Origin: Trypethelium eluteriae
Lineage: Eukaryota
Assembly (NCBI GenBank): GCA_051942245.1
Contig: JAVECL010000048.1
Span: forward strand, 56,018-76,017
DNA: 20,000 bases
Direction of reading: 5' to 3'
Positions 1-9,553 of this stretch are shown one piece after another (position 1 is the stretch's first letter; each line of letters starts with the position of its first letter). The notes under the pieces are model-generated. The model was not told the origin of the DNA and made no database searches. It saw only the letters and a program-made list of their open reading frames with translations. The position numbers and the translations under genes are program-made.

Positions 1-2069
1 CCATTTCGGCAGAAGCATCTGCAGCATGCTGAATTTTGTGTTTCATCTGTATAATTCGCTGGCGCTGGCGGTCATCGTTATTGCCCGCGGATTCCGAGCG
101 CGTATTGAGGCTGTCTAGTTCTTTGCGAAGCGAAGTGAGGGAAGATTTGTGCTCTTTGCGGATTTTCTTCAGCTTGTTGCGGAGTTCAAGAAGGGTTGAA
201 TCAGTAGCTACAATGGAATTGTTGAGGGTTGTTGTCGGCGAAGATGGACGAAACGACTGCTGGGCTGACGATGGTGCTGACGCTGCTTGAAGCATTAGAG
301 GGTCTTACAAACCGGTTCGAGAAATGCATACCTTGCTCTGCTGTGGGCGCTGGTGGGGATGTAATTCTGGTCGCAGAGATTACGAAATTGTCCGAGCAGC
401 GAATAAATTCACAGTAATAACTTGAAAGCGGCGTCAATCCAAAAATTTCGCCAGCCCAGGAATCGGCGGTCTCGCTGGAGGAATCGGCTGAAGCGTGAAT
501 CGGATAGATCCGAGTTGAGGTCCAATCCGCCCCATTGAGTCTCACATAGAACGGCTTTATTATGTCTGTATTCGTATTGCCATCTTCGCTGAGTTGTGAA
601 GTATTAGAGCTATGTTGAGATGTCCTTCTGACTGCCGAGCCTTGGAACCGTATTTCGGTTGGTAAGAGTTCCGAAATCCATATCCGGCAAGGTTCCCTGG
701 AATTTGCATTACCGAGGTGATTGACGTCTGTAGCGTCTGCTTCTATCGCATCTGGTGATGGTTGTGCTTGCTCCATTTCCTTCATAACAGTGACTTTTGT
801 GCTCGCCAACGCGGCCCAAAAAGGTTGTAATCGTCGAACGACATTTGCATGCTTTCTTTTCTTCTTCAAATGCAAATCTTTCTCTTTCGCGGTTGCAGAT
901 GCTGGAGGCTGTCCAGGAGGTCGACCGTCGGAACTAGCACTGCTGGAGGTTTCCGGATTCGAATCGGCGCCGATTGAGTTGCTTCTCGGGGATCGTGGAG
1001 AAAGGCCAGCTTCGGGATCTCTAAAGCTGTTGGGTGGGAGTTTAGCAGACGAGTCTCGTGATGCAAGAGATGATAAAGACCGTCGAATCCATCTCAAAAC
1101 TCCTTGACTGAAGATGTGTATCGCAAAGCCCTTGTTCATCCAACTACGCGGTGACCACACCATATCTTGACCGGCATTCGCTTGTAACGGACTTTTTATT
1201 CGCCCTGAACTAACTTTTGACAACGTTGTCCAAATGAGGTGGTGGCCATAATAGCGGACTTGTTTCTGTCGGTTCAAATGAGAGGTCAGGACTATGGCAG
1301 CACAGACCAGGAACGCGTTCGTTGTGCCATTCTTTCCAGCAGCTGCCCCGCCTAAAGATACTGCGATTACAGCTGAAGATAGATCCAAGATGTAATCCTG
1401 CAGCCACTCGAAGAGCACGAGCCAAAGCATGAAGATGAGAGCATCCATAAGTATGATAACACCGAGAGAAGGGGCCCCAGTGCCTCCAAGAAAGATCTCA
1501 TGGAGAGTGGGAAGAACGCCCGGAGTCGGAGGAACGAATGTAAGTAGAGTATAGAGAGCATTGACAATGGTGAGAAATGTCGGCGGAAGTTGTAAGAGGA
1601 TGATTAGGATAGCAATCACATCTCGGAGCGGACAGGATTTGAGTATGGTCGCAGCTAGCATCAAAGAGTCACCCATGCTCGCCATCAGAATCTTTCCACC
1701 TGACTCATCCATCCGGCCATGGCCGTGGACAGCGTCCCCCAGCAAGCCTGTCTCGAAAGCTTGAGCGTCCGCTCCCGAGAGGATTGAGAAGTCGGGCAGG
1801 CTCGAGGGTCCATCGACATCCGGAGCCTTCGTCGCGGAGTCCATGGTGCCTGCCGACGCAGTCCCATCGGAAGCGTCGCTGGTCTGCGGCAATGTTGGCG
1901 GTTCTGTCACAGCTGGAGAGGAAGGCGGCGGAGACGAGGTGGGAGAGGAGTCGCCATTCGGTTGATGGCGCAAGTTTCCGTTTGACTTTTGCTTTCCAAT
2001 CCGCTTGCCAGGAGCTGCAAGTCCGTTCTCATGCCTGTTCTGGGTGCCTTTGCCTCGAGTCTTGGGCAT
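1..2069 (-). CDS. acrB: AcrB-like ubiquitination network signaling protein (membrane segments plus C-terminal coiled coil); 3' end beyond the window
   Basis: Exon 1 is 2069-332. It has the N-terminus NRHENGLAAPGKRIGKQKSNG, a hydrophobic block (CPLRDVIAILIILLQLPPT...) and the motifs QPFWAALASTKVT and FYVRLNGADW, recalled from fungal AcrB proteins. An intron runs from 331 (GTATGC) via branch CTAAT to the CAG ending at 283. Exon 2 (282 to <1) reads ASAPSSAQQSFRPSSPTTTLNNSI...LRNKLKKIRKEHK, which is coiled-coil-like, and stays open to the window edge. The ORF-track tail after APTAEQG is intron read-through. Confidence 0.78.
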
Positions 2070-2312
2070 GAACGTTGGCTAAAGCACAAAGTAGACCGCT
2101 CCCTCTCGCAGACTCGCCAGAGACGGGACGAGCCAAGCGGAGGAACGGTGTCAAGATGTCTGTGAGGAATGACGGGAAATCCGAAGATTTCTTCGGGACG
2201 GTAGTGTGGTGAACTTGGTAGTCGGAAGTGTCAAAGGAGGCAGCTCAGCCAAGCAGATCTGTGCGCTGATTAAGCCTCATATCCATTTTGTCCACATCAT
2301 TTTTATCCCACT

Positions 2313-2827
2313 ATGCCACTATGCCCAGTCAGCACGGCCACGGCGAAAAGACTGTTCAGCGTCTGGGGACCTCATCACCTTAGTTTCCCCGAGCCTGGCG
2401 TACCTGGTCAAGTGCCAGCCTACTCCATGCGTCCCATTACTCCGTACATTAGATTAGTTACCCAGTGCCCACTGCTACACCGTCTAGTCACACGTTTCCG
2501 ACCCTCTCGCACGGCCGACCTCGGCCAGCTGGAAGATCGGCGCCACCAAATGCCCACCTCGGAGCGCCAGTAGCCAGACGCTCCTCCAGCTTTCCAGATC
2601 CAGCAGAGGCCAATCCTCCTCGCTATTACTCTTCTCACCCGTTTAGTGAGCTCGCTGCAATGCACGACCGGCGGCGAGCGGGAGGCGTCGGAGAGCGCCT
2701 CCGCAGCTGCATCCATGACCGGCGCTATCTCGTGCTAAATCATTCCATCTCAGAAGGTTTGCCTGCACCAGCACTTGTTTCCCTCCCGGGCCTCCCACCA
2801 GGTCCCGTCATCAGAGCCAACTATTAA
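2313..2827 (+). CDS. Possible orphan Pro/Ser/Arg-rich small protein (about 156 aa), tentative
   Basis: ORFs 2313-2573 and 2465-2827 join in frame if 2444-2487 (GTACAT...CTAG, 44 nt) is an intron: 131+340=471 nt. There is no canonical branch point and no recognisable domain. Confidence 0.25.
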
Positions 2828-2966
2828 CTAGGCTTATCTTGCCAGCGCTGGCGCCGGGTGATTGCGACGGGAGGATCCTGGCAAGCGCATCAATGGTTTG
2901 CTGGCGCAAAATATTTCACGGGCATTTAAGCTTGTTCGTTGCGCGTGACTCTACCGGCGACAGCTT

Positions 2967-3005
2967 TTCTCAGTGGTTGGTTTGACGAATAAACCCCACT
3001 GAGAA
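2967..3005. repeat. Inverted repeat / hairpin (15 bp stem with 2-nt bulge, 7-nt loop)
   Basis: TTCTCAGTGG (2967-2976) pairs with CCACTGAGAA (2996-3005). GGTTT (2979-2983) pairs with AAACC (2991-2995). The loop is GACGAAT. Confidence 0.7.
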
Positions 3006-3210
3006 CCCGATCATAGCACCAAAGTATTCGAAGCCTAGGAAGCCCTGGCCATTACTTGCGCACAACCATGCAAATATCGCACCTTATCGCCGTCATTCAA
3101 CGTTTTCGGCTTTCATTGACGGTTAGTGCTAGGTCCTAGCTTCTCCTCGCTGCTCCAATCACTACGGTAAGAGTTACTTCATCGAACCAATGACTCCACC
3201 GAAACCATGC

Positions 3211-4322
3211 TCAAGCCGCCTGACCGCTGCTGCCAAAATCCTCCTTCGCATCCGCTCTATCCCAACTGTCTTTCTCAAGCTCCCTAACCTGGTCCATCAA
3301 CCTCGCCATCGCGGCGCTATATTCGTGCTTCGCCTGCTCTTGCAGCCTGAATGTGTCTTGAAAGCTTTCTACCATGAATGGTCGCAGCGGTACCTTTTTC
3401 GCATTCCGATAGTCGTACACAACTATGTCTTCCGTGCACCTCGCTGCTACTCGCCGATGAAGCTCCGACAGGATGATGACGTCCAAGATGAACGAGTCTG
3501 TCGACTCCGATGGAAGCTCGCGCAGTTTGTGATAGACACTGACACGGTCGGGCCATTTCATTGGCTGCCAACAGGCTGTGTTAGTAGATCTTGCCATAGC
3601 TTGAGCAACAAGAATGGGACCCTTCAGTGGTGCATACGAATTTGAAGTCGGTCCTAATACTCCGCAATATCAACCCATCTCCTTGCGGAGTCCACAGCTC
3701 ACTCCACTCCTTTCGATGGGCTGGGTCGATTCGAGTTGCGTATTTCTGGGCCCAGTTGATGCGCGCAGATTCTGCGAAACGATTGTAGGTAACGTTGTTC
3801 ACGTGCCCTAGAGTGATATTTCAGTTCTCCAAGCTTACGATGTTGGATTCTGTGAAGGTTTGTGAGGCATACCCTTCAGTAAATTCTTAGCCAATCGGAA
3901 GACAATGTCGGGGGACGACCGGGGCTTCTTACCATGCTATCCTACAGAGTGCGACAGAGATATTAGCGCAAGAAATCACATTTGTAATTCTTCGATCGTA
4001 GATGTGTGACCGGGCTTACCATCTCACCCCAGACGACCTCTTGCCTGTAAAGCCCTCTGTGGTTCTTATCTGTGAGGAATCCTTGACTACCAGCTATGAA
4101 CTCTCTCCAATTATGATTCAATTCCCCCAGAATTTTGCCAGCTTGCTGGACTTGTCGATTCCCGAGCCCGAACTGTATGCATCGTCCTATCCGGGTGTGT
4201 AGGTCGGGGAGCCAGCGTGGATTTGTCGATTCACAAGACGACTTTGTCGTAAAGTGTTTGGAGAACAAGCTATGTCGCGATGGTCCGATCGTGGGTCTTA
4301 GATTCCATGCTCGATGTTTCAT
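3211..4322 (-). CDS. HotDog-fold thioesterase (4HBT/YbgC-FadM-like), probably mitochondrial; 278 aa, 5 exons
   Basis: Exons 4322-4020, 3941-3933, 3873 (1 nt), 3807-3638 and 3564-3211 total 837 nt (279 codons including stop). The spliced product contains VVWGEMDSMGHVNNVTYNRFAESARINW and LILRSIRTDFKFPMKWPDRVSVYHKL. Donors are GTAAGC, GTAAGA, GTATGC, GTATGC; acceptors are TAG, AAG, TAG, CAG. The basic, acid-poor N-terminus suggests a mitochondrial presequence (inference). Confidence 0.88.
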
Positions 4323-4582
4323 AGTATCAATTGGGCCTCTCCAGAATGAAAGATCGAAAATGGACTAATTTATCAGACATCTTGAAAGATTCCATCGGGG
4401 AACCCTCGGGAAATCTACAAAACTACGATAACGGAGCCGATCGACGTCACGTCACTAAGATACGGAGTCCTGCACCCCACACCGTTACTGATCCGACGCA
4501 GAAACCCGTCTTGTAAGGATTGATTTTCCCTGAGATGGCCTAAATTACATCCAGTCTTATCCAGCACCAACACAACTGCAAA
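4323..4582. promoter_or_regulatory. Short divergent (bidirectional) promoter region between the thioesterase and LYR-motif genes
   Basis: The two head-to-head ATGs (4322 on -, 4583 on +) are 260 bp apart. The region contains tandem overlapping ACGTCA (CRE-like half sites) at 4444-4454; the binding-site role is inference. Confidence 0.5.
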
Positions 4583-5010
4583 ATGACTGCTGCATCCTCA
4601 ACGTTACGTCATGACGTGATTCGAATCTACAAAGGTTGTCCGAGCTCTACCTGGACTCGCAGATACTGTTAGCTTATGCTGAAGCTCTCTGAACCCAGAA
4701 CTCTTGTACCTCGGGCGTGAATATCCATTGGGATATGATTATTTCCGTCTGCGATTGCACAAAGCCTTTGCCAGTCAAGCTGGCCTTAGACATGAAGACA
4801 AGATCAAGGAGGCTATTGGCAGAGCGCAATACGTTAAGAAGGGTATGTCTTGCAACGGTCAGCCGAAATTGAAGCTTATAGAATGCGATTCTTCCAGAAA
4901 TCGAAGCATTGTGGGTAGCTTGATCAATTCAAGCAGGGTATCATACTAACAGCACTAGATACTACTTGAAACGATATCGAACGTTAAAGCAACGATATGG
5001 ACAGACATGA
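4583..5010 (+). CDS. LYR-motif (Complex1_LYR) protein, ETFRF1/LYRM5-like; 86 aa, 4 exons
   Basis: Exons 4583-4634, 4699-4842, 4898-4910 and 4959-5010 total 261 nt. They give [86 protein letters not shown]. The motifs [16 protein letters not shown] and EIEALYYLK.YR.LKQRY match LYRM5. The last intron has a TACTAAC branch point; the first donor (GTTGTC) is weak. Confidence 0.9.
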
Positions 5011-5040
5011 CGTAGATTTCTAGTCTATCAGTCCCGAGGT

Positions 5041-6192
5041 CTACACCTTCCGCGCCCACCAAGCTCCCGCCTCAAGACATTCGCCAGTCGCAGCACCATT
5101 CTGCTCCGACAGACTAGACATCATACCAGCCCACCAACGTTGCCACTCGTCCTCAGACTTCCCACTGACGTCTCTGAGCAAGGGCTCCAGTGCTTCGATC
5201 ATCTGTACCACGGTCAATAAACAGGAAGATCTAAGGGCGATTTGATCAGGATCAAGTGCCCGTCTTCCGTATAGGGATGTCTCCGAGGCACTATCACCTT
5301 CGTTGGAGGTCTCGTCTTCAGTCACATCATGCTCCCAGCGCATCTCAGCCAGTGGAATAGCCACTCGTCGATACCCAAAGTCGGAGAGTGTCTCTGATTC
5401 CTGCAATAGAACCTGAGCAAGAATTGCGCATGGTGCAGACAAGAGCTTCCGCCGATCGAGCGCTTCGTGTATCCAGGCATTGTAGTCCTGAAGATAGGGG
5501 TTCTGAGCCTTAGCAAATGGCGTTCCAGGGCCCATCAGAAAAGCCCCATTCGACTTAGCGCTGTCTCTTTCGTCTGCAATTTTGGATGATGGTGGATGTG
5601 GCAGAAGACTTCTGACCGTGTAATCCGTCTCCCAGATCTCCAGAAAGCCGCCATGCTTCAGTATCCTCTCGCACTCGTCCAGGAGGCGTTGGGATTGTCC
5701 ACCCTGAAATAGGACTAGACTAATATCCTTCATCATTACAAAATCGAATTCGTCATCTTCAAATGGTAGTGGCACACTCCGAAGGTCGTGCTGGATGAAG
5801 CGCCAATTCAATCCAAGTTTATCCAGCTCCGGCGCAACTCGAATGACATCCAGTCCAGTGAACCAGACATCGGAGACGCCCTGGGATAAGAAATAGTCAT
5901 GACATAACGAGCTCCAATATCCAGTACCGCAACCTAACTCCAGAACTTTCTTTGGTGGCGAAGCCGACGGCCAGGGCGAGCAAACAGGTCTTCCGAGCAC
6001 TGTAGCGCGAATGCGAGTCGAAAGGTTTTGACGCTGCCACTCGGACAAATCGCAAGGTAGCGGATAGGGTGAATCGCGAAGATACTGGCGGGCGTTGCGC
6101 ACGACGAACGACGGTGCAGCGTCAAGTGACCTGGCGTAGGAGATGGTGCTAGAATCCGAACTCGAAGCTATTGTGGTGCCTTTGGTGTTCAT
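5041..6192 (-). CDS. Class I SAM-dependent methyltransferase (LaeA-like/Methyltransf_11-type)
   Basis: 383-aa ORF with YPLPCDLSEWQRQ, SAM motif I VLELGCGTGYW, FTGLD, LPFEDDEFDFV and ECERILKHGGFLEIWE. The 5' end is uncertain: a branch-like GCTAAG, a pyrimidine tract and a CAG ending at 6222 suggest an upstream intron. Confidence 0.85.
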   Translation of the reverse strand: MNTKGTTIASSSDSSTISYARSLDAAPSFVVRNARQYLRDSPYPLPCDLSEWQRQNLSTRIRATVLGRPVCSPWPSASPPKKVLELGCGTGYWSSLCHDYFLSQGVSDVWFTGLDVIRVAPELDKLGLNWRFIQHDLRSVPLPFEDDEFDFVMMKDISLVLFQGGQSQRLLDECERILKHGGFLEIWETDYTVRSLLPHPPSSKIADERDSAKSNGAFLMGPGTPFAKAQNPYLQDYNAWIHEALDRRKLLSAPCAILAQVLLQESETLSDFGYRRVAIPLAEMRWEHDVTEDETSNEGDSASETSLYGRRALDPDQIALRSSCLLTVVQMIEALEPLLRDVSGKSEDEWQRWWAGMMSSLSEQNGAATGECLEAGAWWARKV

Positions 6193-7402
6193 GCCTCCGC
6201 CTCTATTGGCATTGCTGCGATCTGGCCAAGGAGGAACGTAGGAGTCTTAGCCTGCAAGATTTTCCTTGTCTTAACCCCTGTTACAGGCTGGTGAGACTGG
6301 TGAGACGACCAAGACTTGTCCAAGAGATTACTTAATCAAATGACTACAGCCATGGGTAGCACACTTGATGCAATTTTCCCTTCAAGTGTTACTCCAGAAT
6401 GATGCTCCACTCGAGGCGGGCGGGTGAGCGTTGAAGGTTTGACTGGATGCTCCATCCGAGGTCTAGGTTTAAAGGTATATGGAACCGGTAACGGACCTTT
6501 GTTCCCAGGTTTCTTGCGTACTTACTGTGGTCATGAGATGCACTAAGTCTCGGGCCTTGGATTCGACATTCTGATAGATAATATGGCACGTACTGTATTT
6601 GGATTCTTTCGATTCTTGGGGAGTATGGTTCATAATATGATGGCAAGGCAAGCTGTCCTAGCAGGCGATTGTCCCCGAAGATGGTGTGAAGGAGGTCCGA
6701 GCTCAAGAACCTTAATGATCACCCTCGTAGTTATTGTTTACTTGCGCCTCTTGCTTGAACACCTTAGATATTATGCCTTCATTCTTTTTCTAGTACATCA
6801 TCCGCCACAGAATGCGAGTAATAGGAAATCCTTCCGTATGAAGAACTAGTCGCCAGTCCCCAACAATGTACGCTCAGTTGGGTTAGACCGGGGAGCTGTC
6901 TCTGAGCACGTGATCATCGCAAACGCCAGCCCACACCTCCTCGTCTCTACGTACCACGAAGCCGACGTCTTCGATAATTCGACGGTTCTCACTCCTGGCC
7001 AGTCACCGAAATACTTCGGAGTGTCCTTCTCTTCCCTTCAAACTTCCAGTCTGTGTCCTACCGAATTGTCTCGTGGGCAACAAAAGCTGTGCGACAATCA
7101 TAGACTCTGCGGCACTCGCTCTTCAACCCTTTCTCCCTCCATCCAGTAAACCGCGCTGGGCCACAACAACAACACCGCTCCTGTTACACACTTCACATGT
7201 CCATTGAGGATGAACTGAGCTTTCTCAATATGTGCAGGCGTTTCACGACGGCTCAGCTCGAAACAGATATCTATTGCGCGTGGAAACCTCAAAAGCATAT
7301 TCAAACTCGAAGAGGCAATCTGTTGGACATTGATCCAGGGAGGGAACAATTTGAAGACCTGCTGTTCGTGGCCGGCCTGCGCCGGCCTCATATCTGGTCA
7401 GG

Positions 7403-9553
7403 ATGTTCAACCAAGGCCACCAAGGAGGGCACAACTTCTTAATGAATGGCGGACCCAATCATCCACGATACAACGTTCATATGGGCTTAGGAAAACAATT
7501 TCAGCAACATAACCAACAACATCAAAATCACCAATCTCATCATCCACAACCTGATCACGGCCCTCATAATGTTCACGCTGCGAACTTCCAAAACCACCAG
7601 CACTCTCTATCCGGCGGCCTCACACCCCAATATCAGCATAATCACGGACAGAACGGTACACCTCATAATGCGCATAGCGCTCTGGCAAATGCACCCAACG
7701 AGCACTGGAAGTGGCAACTGCAAGCTTATCAAGCCGCTTTGGAAGCCCGAACCCCTCATCATCACGCGCGTAACACTGCACATGCCAAACACGCAGTGCT
7801 AGCAACCGTGACAAATGGGTCTAAGAAAGAAGCTGAGAAAGACGAGGCACAGAGGCCAACAGCCCGAGAAGTTATCCGGCAAGAATGGTTATCTATAGAC
7901 TTTGGTGCGCAAGGCTTGAAAGCTATATCTCCCGCCATCTTCGAGTACACCTTCTTGGATAAGGTGTATTTCAATTTCAACAAGATATCGCAAATTCCAC
8001 CACGAATAGGTCAGCTACGAAACTTGACTTACCTCGACTTGTCCTGCAACCAGATCACGGAAATCCCCCCGGAGATAGGAATGTTAAGCAACCTCAGGGA
8101 GTTGCTTCTCTTCGATAATCCGATTTCGACTCTCCCTTACGAAATGGGCTTGCTGTACTCACTGGAGATACTGGGAATTGAGGGGTGTCCTTTGGATGAA
8201 GGACTGAAATCATTAATCGTTGAGCGAGGGACGGCAGAATTGATCGGCTATCTCCGTGAGCATTGTCCGGGTATATATCTCTTATCTCCCCATCTTCAAA
8301 CACGGTAAGCAGCTAACTTGATGCTTAGGACCCGATCCACCCGCAGAGCGCGACTGGATTGTCGTCGATGAGACCCCAGAAACTGGCGACGATCAGTACA
8401 AGTTCAGTGTACTAAGCTACAACATTCTTTGCGACACATTTGCCAATTCCAGTCACTACGGTTACACGGCACAACAGGCCCTTACATGGGAACATCGTAA
8501 AGAGACAATCCTAGATGAGCTACGTGCACGAAAGGCAGACATTATATGTCTACAGGAGTGCAATGCGGAGGCCTACAACGAGGACTTTAGGCCTGCCCTT
8601 GCTCATCTGGATTACAAAGGTCTGTATTGGCCTAGGTCGAGGTCGCGGACCATGAATGAAAAAGAGGCCAGACTTGTAGACGGGTGTGCTACGTTCTACA
8701 AGAGCAGCCGGTGAGTTGATGCGTCTCTCCATCGCATCCAACTTCACGGGCTAACTTAGATATTCTTTTTAGATACGTGTTGTTAGACAAGCAACTTATC
8801 GACTATGCAAACCTGGCAATCAATCGACCTGACATGAAGGGAGAACACGACATTTTCAATCGTGTGATGCCTCGCGATCACATAGGGACGGTCACATTCC
8901 TAGAGGAGCGAGCTACGGGTATCAGAGTGATCGTTGTCAATACACACCTTTTCTGGGATCCCGCATACGTAGACGTCAAACTCGTCCAAGGTGCCATTTT
9001 GATGGAACAGCTCACAAAATTGGCAGAGAAGTATGCGAAGTGGCCAGCGTGCACTGACAAAGAGGTCTATCGCTTCGCAAATGGCGATAAGGATGGCGAA
9101 GAGGAAGCACAGGAACCGATCATTCGCGCTGCTCCGTCTGTAGAGTACTCCTCTGGTAACCAGATTCCGCTTATCCTATGCGGCGACTACAATTCGACGC
9201 CCGGCTCTCCAATCTATCAGCTATTCACTCGAGGAGCGCTGCCCAGCTCGCACCCCGACTTTGCCAATCGGAGCTACGGTAGCTTCACGAGGGATGGAAT
9301 GACACATCCATTCACCGTCAAGTCCAGCTACTCAAGCATCGGAGAATTGAGTTTTACCAACTACACCCCCAACTACGTCGCACCCATCGACTACATCTTC
9401 TATTCGCCAACCGCGTTGCAGGTGACGGCGCTTCTAGGGGAGGTGGACAAGGCATACCTGCAGCGAGTTCCTGGGTTTCCCAACCACCATTTTCCCAGTG
9501 ACCATCTGGCGTTGCTGGCTGAATTCTTTGTGAAAGGGAAGAAGAATGGGTGA
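7403..9553 (+). CDS. CCR4: CCR4-NOT deadenylase subunit Ccr4 (LRR plus EEP nuclease); about 676 aa, 3 exons
   Basis: Exons 7403-8270, 8329-8710 and 8773-9553 total 2031 nt. The protein has an H/Q/N-rich N-terminus, LRRs (LTYLDLSCNQITEIPPEIGMLSNLRELLLFDN) and EEP motifs SYNILCD, DIICLQE, NTHLFWDP..DVKLVQ, CGDYNS, FTNYT, IDYIFYS and FPSDHL. Introns are GTATAT..GCTAAC..TAG and GTGAGT..GCTAAC..TAG. An additional upstream exon cannot be excluded. Confidence 0.95.

Noticed and set aside
2345..2395. Box C/D-like words (GTGATGA...CTGA) on the minus strand
   Set aside because: The boxes are only about 11 nt apart and I recognise no rRNA guide or snoRNA family.
2775..2816. Hammerhead-like CTGATGA...GAAAC on the minus strand
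   Set aside because: Stem II does not close directly onto GAAA, and stems I and III could not be built.
3090..3122. SECIS-like look (ATGA...AAAA...GA on the minus strand) downstream of a TGA-ending gene
   Set aside because: The helix is too short for a SECIS, there is no in-frame TGA at a catalytic position, and Dikarya are not known to use selenocysteine.
3808..3932. Stwintron ([D1,2] or [A2,3]) interpretation of the paired thioesterase introns
   Set aside because: Both introns have intact donors and acceptors, neither interrupts a splice signal of the other, and the reading frame needs the intervening G to be kept. A 1-nt exon fits better.
4864..4877. Intronic GAAATTGAAGCTT resembling the next 13-nt exon (EIEAL) of the LYR gene
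   Set aside because: It has no immediately adjacent AG or downstream GT donor. A short chance similarity is likely.
6389..6849. Short ORFs in the methyltransferase-CCR4 divergent region (6389-6706 -, 6583-6849 +)
   Set aside because: No recognisable motifs, and they overlap each other on opposite strands. Probably promoter or UTR sequence.
7490..7680. His/Gln/Asn-rich low-complexity tract in Ccr4
   Set aside because: This is an expected disordered N-terminus for fungal Ccr4, not a novel feature.
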